Origin: Acidobacteriota bacterium | Lineage (GTDB): Bacteria > Acidobacteriota > UBA890 | DNA length: 64,000 nucleotides | Assembly (NCBI GenBank): GCA_036398215.1 | Contig: DASWHK010000258.1 | Coordinates: forward strand, 12,700-76,699 | Direction of reading: 5' to 3' | The notes under the pieces: generated by a model | Databases searched by the model: none | What the model was told of the DNA's origin: nothing | What the model saw: only the letters and a program-made list of their open reading frames with translations | Shown: positions 1 to 10,936 of the stretch, in pieces | How positions within the stretch are numbered: position 1 is the stretch's first letter | Layout of the letters: each line of letters opens with the position of its first letter | Position numbers and translations under genes: made by a program

Positions 1-1196
1 GACGCCGCGTCGTCTTTCCGATCCGCGATCTGCGCGGCCAGACCATCGCCTTCGGCGGCCGCGTCATCGACAGCGGCGAGCCCAAGTATCTGAACTCCCC
101 CGAGACGCCTACCTTCCACAAGAGCCGCACCCTGTACGGCATTTTCGAGGGCCGCGAGAGCATCGCGGCGAACGGCTTCGCGCTGCTCGTCGAGGGGTAC
201 TTTGACCTGCTGGCGTGCGCCCAATATGGTTTCCGCAACGTGGTGGCGCCGCTGGGCACGAGCTTCACGCAAGATCACGCCAAGCTGCTGGCGCGTTTCA
301 CGCGCAAGGCGGTGATCAGCTTCGACGGTGACGCGGCCGGGCAGACGGCTGCCGAGCGCACCGCCGGTGTATTTCTGAGCCAGGGTTTTCAGGTGAATGT
401 GGTGCGTCTTCCCGAACGTCACGATCCCGACTCGTTTCTGCGCGAGGCCGGGAAGGAGGGCTACCGCGAGGCCCTCAAGCGCTCCGAGTCGGGGCTCGAG
501 TTCCTCGTCCGCCGCGCCGGCGAGCGCACCGACCTGGGAACGCCGCGGGGCAAGGCCGAGGCGCTGTCGTCGCTGCTCGAGTTCGTCGTCTCCATCGACG
601 ATCGGGTCGAGCGCGCCGAGTGGCTGGCGCGGCTCTCGGAGCGGCTGCAGATCGCCCCGCGGTTGGTCGAGGAGGCGGCCGCCGAGGCCGGCGCCAGGGC
701 CCGCCGCTTCCGCGCCTCAGGGACGAGCGCCGCGCCGCGACCGCCCGGCGGCGGCTGGAAGGCGGACCTCGAGCAGGTGCCGCTGGCCGAGCGCGACCTG
801 TTGCGGGCGGTGCTCGAGCACCCGGAGTGGCGGCAGCCGCTGGAGGACCTCTGCGGGCGCGACGCTATCCGCGATGGGCGTGTGCGGGCGCTGCTGGCGG
901 CCGTCGAGGCCTGCGAGGCGGAGGGCGTCGCCGCCGAGGTCGGCAACCTGCTGGCCCGCTGCGAGATGTCCGGTGCCGGGGCTTTGATGGCGCGATTGCG
1001 CGTCGAAGAGAAGGCACCACTGGATTGGGATGCGGCGCGCAACTGCGCCCTCGGCATCCACGATGACAGCCTGCGTCGCAGGCTGCGGGAGATGAGCAAG
1101 GACATTCGCGAGGCGCTCGAGGCGGGGGACAAGGAGCGCTTCGGTGAGCTGAATCGAGAGAAGGTATCGCTGGCTCAGCGGATCGGATCCGCGTAG
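1..1196 (+). CDS. dnaG: DNA primase DnaG, 5'-truncated at window edge (Toprim + C-terminal domains)
   Basis: Frame opens at nt 3 and translates to [20 protein letters not shown]...EGYFDLLA...[10 protein letters not shown], the primase Toprim signature; stops at 1196; rpoD follows (conserved dnaG-rpoD pairing). Confidence 0.9.
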   Translation, partial: RRVVFPIRDLRGQTIAFGGRVIDSGEPKYLNSPETPTFHKSRTLYGIFEGRESIAANGFALLVEGYFDLLACAQYGFRNVVAPLGTSFTQDHAKLLARFTRKAVISFDGDAAGQTAAERTAGVFLSQGFQVNVVRLPERHDPDSFLREAGKEGYREALKRSESGLEFLVRRAGERTDLGTPRGKAEALSSLLEFVVSIDDRVERAEWLARLSERLQIAPRLVEEAAAEAGARARRFRASGTSAAPRPPGGGWKADLEQVPLAERDLLRAVLEHPEWRQPLEDLCGRDAIRDGRVRALLAAVEACEAEGVAAEVGNLLARCEMSGAGALMARLRVEEKAPLDWDAARNCALGIHDDSLRRRLREMSKDIREALEAGDKERFGELNREKVSLAQRIGSA

Positions 1197-1263
1197 GTCA
1201 CCGCGAGCGGCGCCGCCGGGGACGGCGCCAGCGGCTGGGGACCGATCGCAGGCGAGGGCAGCG

Positions 1264-2991
<1,728 letters not shown>

Positions 2992-3038
2992 GCGGCCGTC
3001 ACCGGGCCACCGCTGCACCGTGCTAGATTCGAGGCTGC

Positions 3039-3114
3039 GGGCCCTTAGCTCAGTCTGGTTAGAGCCGCCGGCTCATAACCGGTAGGTCCCAGGTTCGAAT
3101 CCTGGAGGGCCCAC
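3039..3114 (+). tRNA. tRNA-Met (anticodon CAT; elongator-type or possibly Ile2)
   Basis: GGGCCCTTAGCTCAGTCTGGTTAGAGC...anticodon loop CTCATAA...GGTTCGAATCCTGGAGGGCCCA cloverleaf; 1:72 is paired, so not an initiator; no encoded CCA. Confidence 0.85.
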
Positions 3115-3360
3115 TCCCTGCACAAGAGCCTGCCGTGAACCCGCGCCGGCTCGTCGGTTACGCATTCTGCGGGCGCCGTGCTGCTTGCGCGAGTTAGGGC
3201 GCGGGTATACAAATGACGGCTCACGGCCCGATCATCGCGGGCCGACCCGCCGACGAGCCGCGAAGCGCGCGACGCCCACCATGCCGCCGAGATCGACAAT
3301 CTTCGCCCGCCGTTCGACGCCGCCGCCGAGCCGGCGCGCGAGCGCCGCGGCGCGCGCCAC

Positions 3361-3387
3361 GGGTGGGCTCCGGCCCACCCGTTTTTT
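3361..3387 (+). terminator. Intrinsic terminator-like hairpin + T6 (GGGTGGGC-tccg-GCCCACCC-GTTTTTTG)
   Basis: Perfect 8-bp GC stem, 4-nt loop, then a run of 6 T; lies 245 nt after tRNA-Met and only 20 nt before the ATG of the next CDS. Confidence 0.6.
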
Positions 3388-3407
3388 GTGCCCTCAGGCT
3401 TAGGCCG

Positions 3408-4199
3408 ATGAGCGTCAAGGTCGAGCTCGAGACCCTGGTGCGCCTGCAGGCCCGCGAGCTGGAGGTGGTGCGGATACGCGAGGAGATCGCGGCCGCCGGC
3501 CGGGCCCGCGCCGCGGCCAAGGCCGAGGTCGCCGCCGCCGAGCAGCAGGTGGGCGAGGCCGAGGCGGAGCTGGTGGCCGCCCGCAGCGGCGCTCGCCGGT
3601 TCGACGTCGACCTGAAGGCCGCGGAGGACAAGGTCGGCAAGTACAAAGACCAGCTGATCGCCGTCAAGACCAATGAGCAATTGTGGGCCCTGCAGGAGGA
3701 GATCCGCCACGCCGAGGCCGCGATGGGCGACGTCGAAACCCGGATCCTCGAGCAGCTGGAGAGGGCCGACGCGCTCGAGGGTGCCATCGTCGAGCGCCGC
3801 GGCGACCTCGACGAGATCAGCAAACGCGTGGCGGCGGCCATCGCCGCCGCCGACCGCCGGGGAGCCGAGCTGACCGCGGAGAAGAAGCGCGCTGGCGAGG
3901 CCATCGCCGAGCTGCGGGAGCGACTGCCCGCCGACCTCCTGAAGACCTACGACGGCGTCAAGACGATGCGCGCCGGGGTGGGTGTGGCGGAAGCCCGCGA
4001 CGAGGTGTGCCTGGTGTGCAACTTCCGGATGCGGCCGCAACTGTACGTCGAGGCCGCCAACCTCGCCGGCATCGTCCGCTGCGAGAGCTGCAAGCGGATC
4101 CTCTACGTCGCCGAGCGTCTCGAGCTCAAACGGCCATCAGACGATCCCGAGGCGGGCGCCGATCCCGGCGGCGAAGTCGCCGGCGACGCCGCGTCTTGA
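3408..4199 (+). CDS. C4-type zinc-ribbon domain protein (COG1579 family; long coiled coil + CxxC...CxxC)
   Basis: MSVKVELETLVRLQ... coiled-coil region and C-terminal CLVCNFRMRPQ...CESCKRILY zinc ribbon; the ORF track's upstream extension is Arg-rich junk; ATG at 3408. Confidence 0.8.
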   Translation: MSVKVELETLVRLQARELEVVRIREEIAAAGRARAAAKAEVAAAEQQVGEAEAELVAARSGARRFDVDLKAAEDKVGKYKDQLIAVKTNEQLWALQEEIRHAEAAMGDVETRILEQLERADALEGAIVERRGDLDEISKRVAAAIAAADRRGAELTAEKKRAGEAIAELRERLPADLLKTYDGVKTMRAGVGVAEARDEVCLVCNFRMRPQLYVEAANLAGIVRCESCKRILYVAERLELKRPSDDPEAGADPGGEVAGDAAS

Positions 4200-4636
4200 A
4201 GAGCGGCGGGCAGCCGGCGATCGTCTACGTGGACGGCGGCTCGCGGGGCAACCCGGGCGACGCCGCCTTCGGCGTCGTGGTCCGCGACCGTGAGGGCGCG
4301 ACGCTCGCCGAGTTCGGCGATTACATCGGCAAGGCCACCAACAACCAGGCCGAGTACCGGGGGCTGCTCGCGGCCCTCGAGTGGGCGCGGCGGCGAGGCG
4401 TCCAGGATCTGCTGGTGCGCGCCGACTCCGAGCTGGTGGTGCGGCAGATGACCGGCCGGTACCGGGTCAAGAGCACCGCGCTGCAGCCGCTGTTCCACGA
4501 GGCCCGGCGGCTGGCCGCAGGCTTCGAGCGCTTCCGGATCGAGCACGTCCGCCGCGACGACAACGCCGACGCCGACCGGCTGGCCAACCTGGCGATGGAC
4601 CTGCGGGGCCCGGTCGAAGGGGTCGCGCAGCCTTGA
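4196..4636 (+). CDS. rnhA: Ribonuclease HI (RNase H)
   Basis: AIVYVDGGSRGNPGDAAFGVVV...NNQAEYRGLLAALEWA...ADRLAN RNase H fold; probable TTG start overlapping the upstream stop (TTGA). Confidence 0.8.
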   Translation: MKSGGQPAIVYVDGGSRGNPGDAAFGVVVRDREGATLAEFGDYIGKATNNQAEYRGLLAALEWARRRGVQDLLVRADSELVVRQMTGRYRVKSTALQPLFHEARRLAAGFERFRIEHVRRDDNADADRLANLAMDLRGPVEGVAQP

Positions 4637-4717
4637 CCGCCGGATTGCCGGACGGCACCTGACCGTGATCACCGGCGTCATCCTTCGCGTACTTTCCCCG
4701 CGCCAGCGCCGCGACCG

Positions 4718-5503
4718 TCAGATGCGGGCGATTCCACAGAGCATGCGGCCGGCCCGTTCGCCGTCCTTCCGGTAGGACCATAGCCAGTCGCTGTTGCAGC
4801 GCGTGCAGAGCCCGGCGGCTTCGATCTGCCCGGGCGGCACCCCGGCGTCGACCGCAATGGCGACGGCGACCGCCGCCAAGTCGCAGTGGGGGCGCCGGGG
4901 CCCCGCCGAGCCCGGCTCCGGCCGGCCCGCCTCGACGCGGGCCATCTCGCCGTAACCGCGGGCGGCCAGCGCCTCGATGACCTCCTCGCCGACCTCGAAG
5001 CAGCAGGGGCCGATCGCCGGGCCGATGCCGAGGATCAGGTCGGCGGGCCGGCTGCCGAAGGCCGAGCCCAGCGCCCCGATGGCCGCCTCCAGCACGCCGC
5101 CGGCGATGCCGCGCCAGCCGCCGTGCACGGCGGCGACGGCGCCCGCCCGGGGGTCGGCGATGAGGATCGGCAGGCAGTCGGCAACCGCCACCGCGACGGT
5201 CACGCCGGGGAGGTCGGTGATCAGGGCATCGCCCTCGGGCCGGCTCCCGAGGGCGGCGGCGAAAAAGGGCTGCTGCTCGCTCGCGGCGGCCGGCAGGCGC
5301 CGTACGGCAGCGCCGTGCACCTGGCGGAGGCGGGCGACCGGGCCGGCGACGGCATCGGCGAGCCGGCCGCGGCGGGTCTCGAAGCCGTGGCGGAATCCCG
5401 CCGCCCGCTGGAGGTTGTCGAGCTGCAGGACGCCGCCGGTTTCGGCCAGCGGCGCGTTGGGGCTCACGCCGCCGGCGTCGGTCAGCGGCCCCTCCGCGGT
5501 CAC
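4718..5503 (-). CDS. pgeF: Peptidoglycan editing factor PgeF / YfiH (DUF152, laccase-domain) family
   Basis: GFRHGFETRRGG...VADCLPILIAD...HGGWRGIAGGV...GPAIGPCCFEVG motifs; GTG start at 5503 overlaps the radical-SAM stop (GTGA); the longer ORF-track N-terminus is Arg-rich and unlikely. Confidence 0.8.
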   Translation of the reverse strand: MTAEGPLTDAGGVSPNAPLAETGGVLQLDNLQRAAGFRHGFETRRGRLADAVAGPVARLRQVHGAAVRRLPAAASEQQPFFAAALGSRPEGDALITDLPGVTVAVAVADCLPILIADPRAGAVAAVHGGWRGIAGGVLEAAIGALGSAFGSRPADLILGIGPAIGPCCFEVGEEVIEALAARGYGEMARVEAGRPEPGSAGPRRPHCDLAAVAVAIAVDAGVPPGQIEAAGLCTRCNSDWLWSYRKDGERAGRMLCGIARI

Positions 5504-7221
5504 GCCGCCTCGTCGCCGGCTGCGGCCTTGCGCCACTGGTTTTGCATCGACGCCGGCGATGCCCCGGTGCGCAGGTGGCCCCAGGGCAGCGGCTCGGCGG
5601 GCCCCAACGGCCTGTAGGCAAAGTGATCGAGCGAGCCGCCGCCCCGCTCCCATTCGCGCACGGCGGCGCTCCATGAGCCGCCGGCGGCCCAGTGCTCGAG
5701 CATGTCGGCGACGCGGCGGTCGCCGCGCGACATCAGCGCTTGCACCTCAGCGGCGCGCGGCGGCATCGCCTCGATGTTGACGTTGGGCAGACTTCGCAAG
5801 CGGCGCCGCAGCCAGCGGAGCCGCGAGCGATACTCGGCGGGGCGGATCTGCTCGGCCCACTGGAACGGCGTCGAGGGCTTGGGGATCAGGCAGTTCACCG
5901 ATAGCGTGATCGTGCCGATATGGCCGCGGCTGCGGCTTTCCTCGACCATGATCGCCTGCATCGCCGCCGCCAGATCGACGAGCTCCTGCAGATCGCGCTC
6001 CTCTTCGCCGGGCAGGCCGATGATGACGTAGTTCTTGAGGCTGGTGGCCCCGGCGCGGAAGATCATCCGCACCTTGGCGAGGATCTCTTCGTTGCTGATC
6101 CGCTTCATGATCATCTCGCGCAGCCGATTACTGCCGGTCTCGGGAGCGATCGTGATGCTGCGCTGCCCGGAGTCGACGACGGCGCGCAGCAGCGGCTCGC
6201 GGAGCGTCGAGATGATCAGGCTGGGGCTGAAGATGTCGAAGTCGCGAGCCCGTAGGCCGGCGGCGATCGCCTCGATGTCGGGATGGTCGAGCAGCGCCGT
6301 GGCCACCAGGCCGACGCGCCGCGTCGCGCCCCGCCAGCGCTCCGCCGCGGCCAGCACGTCGTTCACGGCGTGGACCCGGAACGGGAGGATGTTGTAACCG
6401 ACCCAGCAGTAGCGGCAGCCCTTGGTGCAGCCGCGCGCCACCTCGATCATGGCACGATCGCCGAACTCCGTTTCGGGGGTGAGAATGGCGGTGGCGGCGA
6501 CCGATTCCGGGCCGCCGAATTCGGCGCGGACCTTGCCGACCGTGGACGGCGCCGGTCCGAGCGGGCGCAGTGAGGCGAAGCGCGGGTAGCCGCCGGCGGC
6601 GTCGTCGTAGCGCGGCTCGTAGAGCGCCGGAACGTAGAAGCCGGGCTGCCCCGCCAGGTGCGCGAGGAGCCGCTCGCGGCGGCCGCCGCCGCCGCGCTGT
6701 GGCGAGCGGCCGCCGCCGATCTCGAGCAGAGCGGAGGTCAGCGGCTCCAGCAGGCCCTCGCCCTCGCCGACACAGCAGACGTCGAGGAAGGGCGCCACCG
6801 GCTCCGGATTGATCGATACCGTCGCCCCGCCCATGACCACCAGGGGATGGCGGCTATCACGATCGGCGGCGCGCAGCGGCAGGCCGGCGAGCTGCAGCAT
6901 GGTCAGCAGGTTGATGTAGTCGTTCTCGAACGAGGCCGAGAATGCCAGCACGTCGGCGTCGCCGACCGGCCGCTGGCTCTCGACCGTCAGCAGCGTGGGG
7001 CGGTCGGCCAGCTCCTCGGGATCGGGTAGGAAGGCCCGCTCGCAGGAAACCTCGGGGAGCGCGTTGAGCAGCCGGTAGATCGTCTGCACGCCGAGGTTGC
7101 TCATCCCTAGCGCGTAGGTGTTGGGGTAGGCGAGCACGACCCGCAAGCGACCCCCGGGGTCGGGCTCGACGAGGCGGGTCTCGGAGCGCGCCCGGCGGCG
7201 CAGCCTTTCCGCCAGGCTCAC
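5500..7221 (-). CDS. B12-binding-domain radical SAM protein (TIGR03960-like, uncharacterised family)
   Basis: 573 aa; N-terminal B12-binding-like domain, CTKGCRYC radical SAM cysteine motif, long C-terminal domain. Confidence 0.8.
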   Translation of the reverse strand: MSLAERLRRRARSETRLVEPDPGGRLRVVLAYPNTYALGMSNLGVQTIYRLLNALPEVSCERAFLPDPEELADRPTLLTVESQRPVGDADVLAFSASFENDYINLLTMLQLAGLPLRAADRDSRHPLVVMGGATVSINPEPVAPFLDVCCVGEGEGLLEPLTSALLEIGGGRSPQRGGGGRRERLLAHLAGQPGFYVPALYEPRYDDAAGGYPRFASLRPLGPAPSTVGKVRAEFGGPESVAATAILTPETEFGDRAMIEVARGCTKGCRYCWVGYNILPFRVHAVNDVLAAAERWRGATRRVGLVATALLDHPDIEAIAAGLRARDFDIFSPSLIISTLREPLLRAVVDSGQRSITIAPETGSNRLREMIMKRISNEEILAKVRMIFRAGATSLKNYVIIGLPGEEERDLQELVDLAAAMQAIMVEESRSRGHIGTITLSVNCLIPKPSTPFQWAEQIRPAEYRSRLRWLRRRLRSLPNVNIEAMPPRAAEVQALMSRGDRRVADMLEHWAAGGSWSAAVREWERGGGSLDHFAYRPLGPAEPLPWGHLRTGASPASMQNQWRKAAAGDEAA

Positions 7222-7263
7222 GTCAGCGATCGCCCGGACGGGCGCTGCAGCGTCGGCTGTCCG

Positions 7264-8694
7264 CTACCGATCGTCGCTGCTGATCGGCAGGTCCTGGGTG
7301 CGCAGGAAGGTCGGCACATCCAGGTCCTCCTCGATCGACGAGCCCCTCTCCGCCCCGGAGCCTTCGTCGCTGTTGCCCGGCCGGTAGAAGTGGCCGGCGT
7401 CGGAAGTGGTCGCCGGCGGGCGGGCACCGGCTTTCTCGACGGTAACACGCGACTGGAACGGGGCCACGGCCTCGAAGCCGGTGGCGATGACGGTGACCTT
7501 CACGGCGTCGCCCATGTGTTCGTCGATGACGGCGCCGAAAAGGATGTTGGCGTCGTCGTCGGCGGCCTCGTAGATGATCGCCGCGGCCTCGGAGACCTCG
7601 TGGAGGGTCATGTCGGGGCCGCCGGTGACGTTGAACAGCACGCCGCGGGCGCCGTCGATCGAGGTGTCCTCCAGCAGCGGGCTGGAGATCGCCGCGATCG
7701 CCGCTTGCACGGCGCGGTTCTCGCCGCGCTGGGTGGCGGTGCCCATGATCGCCATCCCCATGCCCGACATCACGGTGCGGACGTCGGCGAAGTCGAGGTT
7801 GATGAGGCCGGGGACGAGGATCAGGTCGGCGATCCCCTGGACGCCCTGGTGGAGGACCGCGTCGGCCACCGAGAAGGCCTCGACCAGCGGCGTGTCGGGA
7901 GCGACGGTGGCGAGCAGCCGGTCGTTGGGGATCGAGATCAGGGTATCGACGGCGTCTTGCAGCTCCTGCAGGCCCTGCTGCGCCTGCATCATCCGGGGGC
8001 GCCCTTCGAACCGGAACGGCCGGGTAACGACGGCCACGGTCAGGGCCCCCAGCTCGGTGGCGAGGCGGGCGATCACCGGGGCGGCCCCGGTCGCCGTACC
8101 GCCTCCGAGGCCGCCGGTCACGAACACCATGTCGGCCCCTTCGAGGGCGTCGACGATCTCCTCGGTGCTCTCGAGCGCCGCCTGGCGGCCGATCTCCGGG
8201 TTGGCGCCGGCGCCGAGGCCGCGGGTCAAGTTGGCGCCGAGCTGCAGCTTGTGAGGCGCGTCGTTGGTGTCGAGGGCCTGCATGTCGGTGTTTGCGGCGA
8301 TGAACTCCACGCCGCCGAGACCGGCGTGCATCATGCGGCTGATGGCGTTGCCGCCGCCGCCGCCGACGCCGACGACCTTGATCTGGGCGCCGCATACCGG
8401 CGACGGTGCCGGCCGCACGCGCCCGTCGGCGGGGGCAGGGGAAAGGTCGACCGCCCGGGGGGCGGCCTGCGGGCGTTGCCCCCGACCCTCGGCCACCGCC
8501 GGCTTCGCGGCCCCGGATTCACCCGCGGCGGGCGCCTCGACGGCTTCGCCGGTTGGCGGCGCGGCCGCGGCCTCGGGTTTCGCGGCGGCGGTCTCGCCGG
8601 GGTCCGCCGTGGCGCGCTCCTGGCGTGCCAGACGGCGCAGTTCCTCGTGAAGCTCCGGCTGCCAACCCCTCGGCTCTGCTCCCGACATGCTCAC
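7264..8694 (-). CDS. ftsZ: Cell division GTPase FtsZ with ~105-aa Pro/Ala-rich N-terminal extension
   Basis: [18 protein letters not shown] tubulin signature begins at residue ~106; C-terminal DLDVPTFLR peptide; AAGGAG RBS before the ATG at 8694; no in-frame alternative start near the core. Confidence 0.9.
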   Translation of the reverse strand: MSMSGAEPRGWQPELHEELRRLARQERATADPGETAAAKPEAAAAPPTGEAVEAPAAGESGAAKPAVAEGRGQRPQAAPRAVDLSPAPADGRVRPAPSPVCGAQIKVVGVGGGGGNAISRMMHAGLGGVEFIAANTDMQALDTNDAPHKLQLGANLTRGLGAGANPEIGRQAALESTEEIVDALEGADMVFVTGGLGGGTATGAAPVIARLATELGALTVAVVTRPFRFEGRPRMMQAQQGLQELQDAVDTLISIPNDRLLATVAPDTPLVEAFSVADAVLHQGVQGIADLILVPGLINLDFADVRTVMSGMGMAIMGTATQRGENRAVQAAIAAISSPLLEDTSIDGARGVLFNVTGGPDMTLHEVSEAAAIIYEAADDDANILFGAVIDEHMGDAVKVTVIATGFEAVAPFQSRVTVEKAGARPPATTSDAGHFYRPGNSDEGSGAERGSSIEEDLDVPTFLRTQDLPISSDDR

Positions 8695-8723
8695 GTCTCC
8701 TTGGTCACCGGCGTGGTGGCCTC

Positions 8724-8752
8724 AATGTATCCGGGTTGCTTCGAGAGTCAAC
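8724..8752 (-). promoter_or_regulatory. Candidate sigma70 promoter for ftsZ (TTGACT-16-TACATT)
   Basis: Read on minus strand in the ftsA-ftsZ gap; by-eye match only. Confidence 0.3.
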
Positions 8753-8759
8753 CCGAGCA

Positions 8760-9995
8760 TCAGAAGAGTTCTCCGAACCAGCGTCCGACCTGGCCGGCGA
8801 GGCGTCCGAAGACCCCGCCGCCGTGGCCGAAGTAGGCATCGATGTCGCGGTTGTGGTGTCCGTAGAGGACCAGGCCGACGGCGGTCGAGTAGATCGGGCT
8901 GGAGACGATATCCACCAGCCCCTCGACACCGGTCGGTTGCCCGAGGCGCACCGGTAGGCCGAAGCGCCGCTCCGCCAGCTCCGCCAGCCCCTCGATCAGG
9001 GAGCCGCCGCCGGTGAACACGATTCCGGCGTTGAGCCGATCGAGGAAGCCGGCGCGGCTCAGCTCGTCGCCGACCAGGTCGAGGACCTCGAGGGCGCGCG
9101 GCTGCAGGATCTCGCAGAGACGGCCACGGGGCACCAGACGCGGCCCGCGGCCACCGATCCCGGGGGTCTCGATGGCCTGGTCCGGATCGATCAGGCCGGG
9201 CTCGACGCAGGCGTAGCGGAGCTTGAGGGCCTCGGCGTCGGCCAGCGGCGTGCTGAGGCCGACGGCGATGTCGTTGGTGAAGTGGTCGCCCCCGGTCGGC
9301 AGCACCGCGGTGTGGCAGACGCTGCCGTCGACCAGACAGACGATGTCGGTGGTGCCGCCGCCGATGTCGACGAGGGCGGCGCCGAGCTCGCGCTCGTCGT
9401 CGGTGAGGACCGCTTCGTTGGAGGCCAGCGGCTCGAGCACCACGGCGTGGGCTTCGATGCCGGCGCGGTTCACGCAGGTCACCAGCGTCTGGATCGACGA
9501 GAGGGCGCCGACCACCAGATGGACGTCGACCTCGAGGCGGCTGCCCGACATCCCCAGCGGGTCAACGATGTCGCCCTGCTCGTCGACGGTGAACTCGCGT
9601 GGCAGCAGATGCAGGATCTCGCGATCGGGCGGCAGATCGAGGGCGCGGGAGGCGTCGATGACCCGGCGGATGTCCTCTTCGGTGATCTGCCGGGCGCGCC
9701 CGTTGACGGTCACCGCGCCGCGGCTGTTGAAGCCGCGGATGTGGGCGCCGGCGATCCCGACGTAGGCGCGGTCGACGCTGGTGCCGGCCATCAGCTCGGC
9801 CTCCTCGATCGCGGCCTTGATGCTGGCGACCGTGGCGTCGACGTCGACTACGGACCCCCTCCGCTGGCCGCGCGATTCGGCGAGACCGACGCCGATGATC
9901 TCCGGGGCGTCGTGCTCGCCCGGCTCGCCGATGACGGCGCAGACCTTGGTGGTGCCGACATCGAGTCCGACGATGTAGGGGTCGCGCCGCGCCAC
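8760..9995 (-). CDS. ftsA: Cell division protein FtsA
   Basis: MARRDPYIVGLDVGTTKVCAVIGE... actin-like ATPase; conserved position between ftsQ and ftsZ. Confidence 0.9.
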   Translation of the reverse strand: MARRDPYIVGLDVGTTKVCAVIGEPGEHDAPEIIGVGLAESRGQRRGSVVDVDATVASIKAAIEEAELMAGTSVDRAYVGIAGAHIRGFNSRGAVTVNGRARQITEEDIRRVIDASRALDLPPDREILHLLPREFTVDEQGDIVDPLGMSGSRLEVDVHLVVGALSSIQTLVTCVNRAGIEAHAVVLEPLASNEAVLTDDERELGAALVDIGGGTTDIVCLVDGSVCHTAVLPTGGDHFTNDIAVGLSTPLADAEALKLRYACVEPGLIDPDQAIETPGIGGRGPRLVPRGRLCEILQPRALEVLDLVGDELSRAGFLDRLNAGIVFTGGGSLIEGLAELAERRFGLPVRLGQPTGVEGLVDIVSSPIYSTAVGLVLYGHHNRDIDAYFGHGGGVFGRLAGQVGRWFGELF

Positions 9996-10003
9996 CGTTC
10001 CTC

Positions 10004-10936
10004 CTATTCGGGGCCCGCCTCGAGCCGCCGCACCACCAGCATGTCGGCGTAGCGGGCGTCGATCAGCGTGGGTTCCGAGGGGGGGTTGGCGCGCAGCAGG
10101 TCGCGCACCGCCGCCATCTTGGCATCGAGGCGCCGCTCGTCGCCGACGACGATCTCCAGCGCCGGGGAGAGCACTATGACGATGCCCACGCCGTCGATGC
10201 GGAGGTGTTCGATGGGGCGGGTGAGCGGACGGTCGGGCTCGGCGAGCCAGCGGAGCACCGCGAGCGCGGAGCGCAGGGCCATGCCGTGTGCCGGATCGGT
10301 GGTCACCTGCAAGCCGGCGGCCGACACCGACAGGCGGCCGGCCAGGCGGACCTCGAGAGGCCGGCTCGCGCGGGGGTCGACGATGTCGAGGATGAACCCC
10401 TCGGCGTCGACGTCGTAGCTGCCGGTCGCGTCGACGACGCGGACCGCGGGGCGGCGGGCCTCGACGCTGACCACGAGGCCGTCGGGCAGCACCCGGCGGA
10501 TGCCGGCGCGGCGTACGGCAGGGAGCTCTTCGATGGATCGGCGCAGCTCGAGGAGATCTACGGCGAGCAGGTTCTGTCCGTAGGCCGGCCCCAGGCGAGC
10601 ACGCACCGGTTCGATCAACATCGTCGGTACCTGGTGCAATCTCACGCTCTGAATCGAGAGGGCCGGCGAGGTCAGAGCTCGTTGAACCGCATGCTGGGCG
10701 CCGTAGGCGATGCCCGCCAGGGCGCCCGCCACCGCAACGACGCGAAGCATAGCATGCAGGCGGCCGCGCCGGCGGAGCGCCGGGCGGTTCCTGACCCGGC
10801 GCATGAACTGTGGCGTCAATCCCCGGTAGCCGGACTCGGCGGCGCCGCCGAGGCGGCGGCGACGGCGGCGCGGGTTGCCGGCGCGGCGCGAGCCTCGCGC
10901 CGCGTCCTGCCCGCGACGGTAGCGGTTGTTCACCAT
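10004..10936 (-). CDS. ftsQ: Cell division protein FtsQ/DivIB (POTRA domain)
   Basis: Start MVNNRY at 10936 overlaps the murB stop; single transmembrane segment (LRVVAVAGALAGIAYGA) then POTRA/FtsQ domain; the longer ORF-track N-terminus is Arg-rich junk. Confidence 0.75.
   Translation of the reverse strand: MVNNRYRRGQDAARGSRRAGNPRRRRRRLGGAAESGYRGLTPQFMRRVRNRPALRRRGRLHAMLRVVAVAGALAGIAYGAQHAVQRALTSPALSIQSVRLHQVPTMLIEPVRARLGPAYGQNLLAVDLLELRRSIEELPAVRRAGIRRVLPDGLVVSVEARRPAVRVVDATGSYDVDAEGFILDIVDPRASRPLEVRLAGRLSVSAAGLQVTTDPAHGMALRSALAVLRWLAEPDRPLTRPIEHLRIDGVGIVIVLSPALEIVVGDERRLDAKMAAVRDLLRANPPSEPTLIDARYADMLVVRRLEAGPE

Noticed and set aside
3115-3360. Possible tmRNA, RNase P RNA, SRP RNA or 6S RNA between tRNA-Met and the terminator
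   Set aside because: None of the diagnostic motifs (tmRNA tag frame and tRNA-like ends, RNase P P4 AGGAAAGUCCGGGCUCC, SRP GGAA tetraloop helix) are present; an uncharacterised sRNA cannot be excluded but is unsupported.
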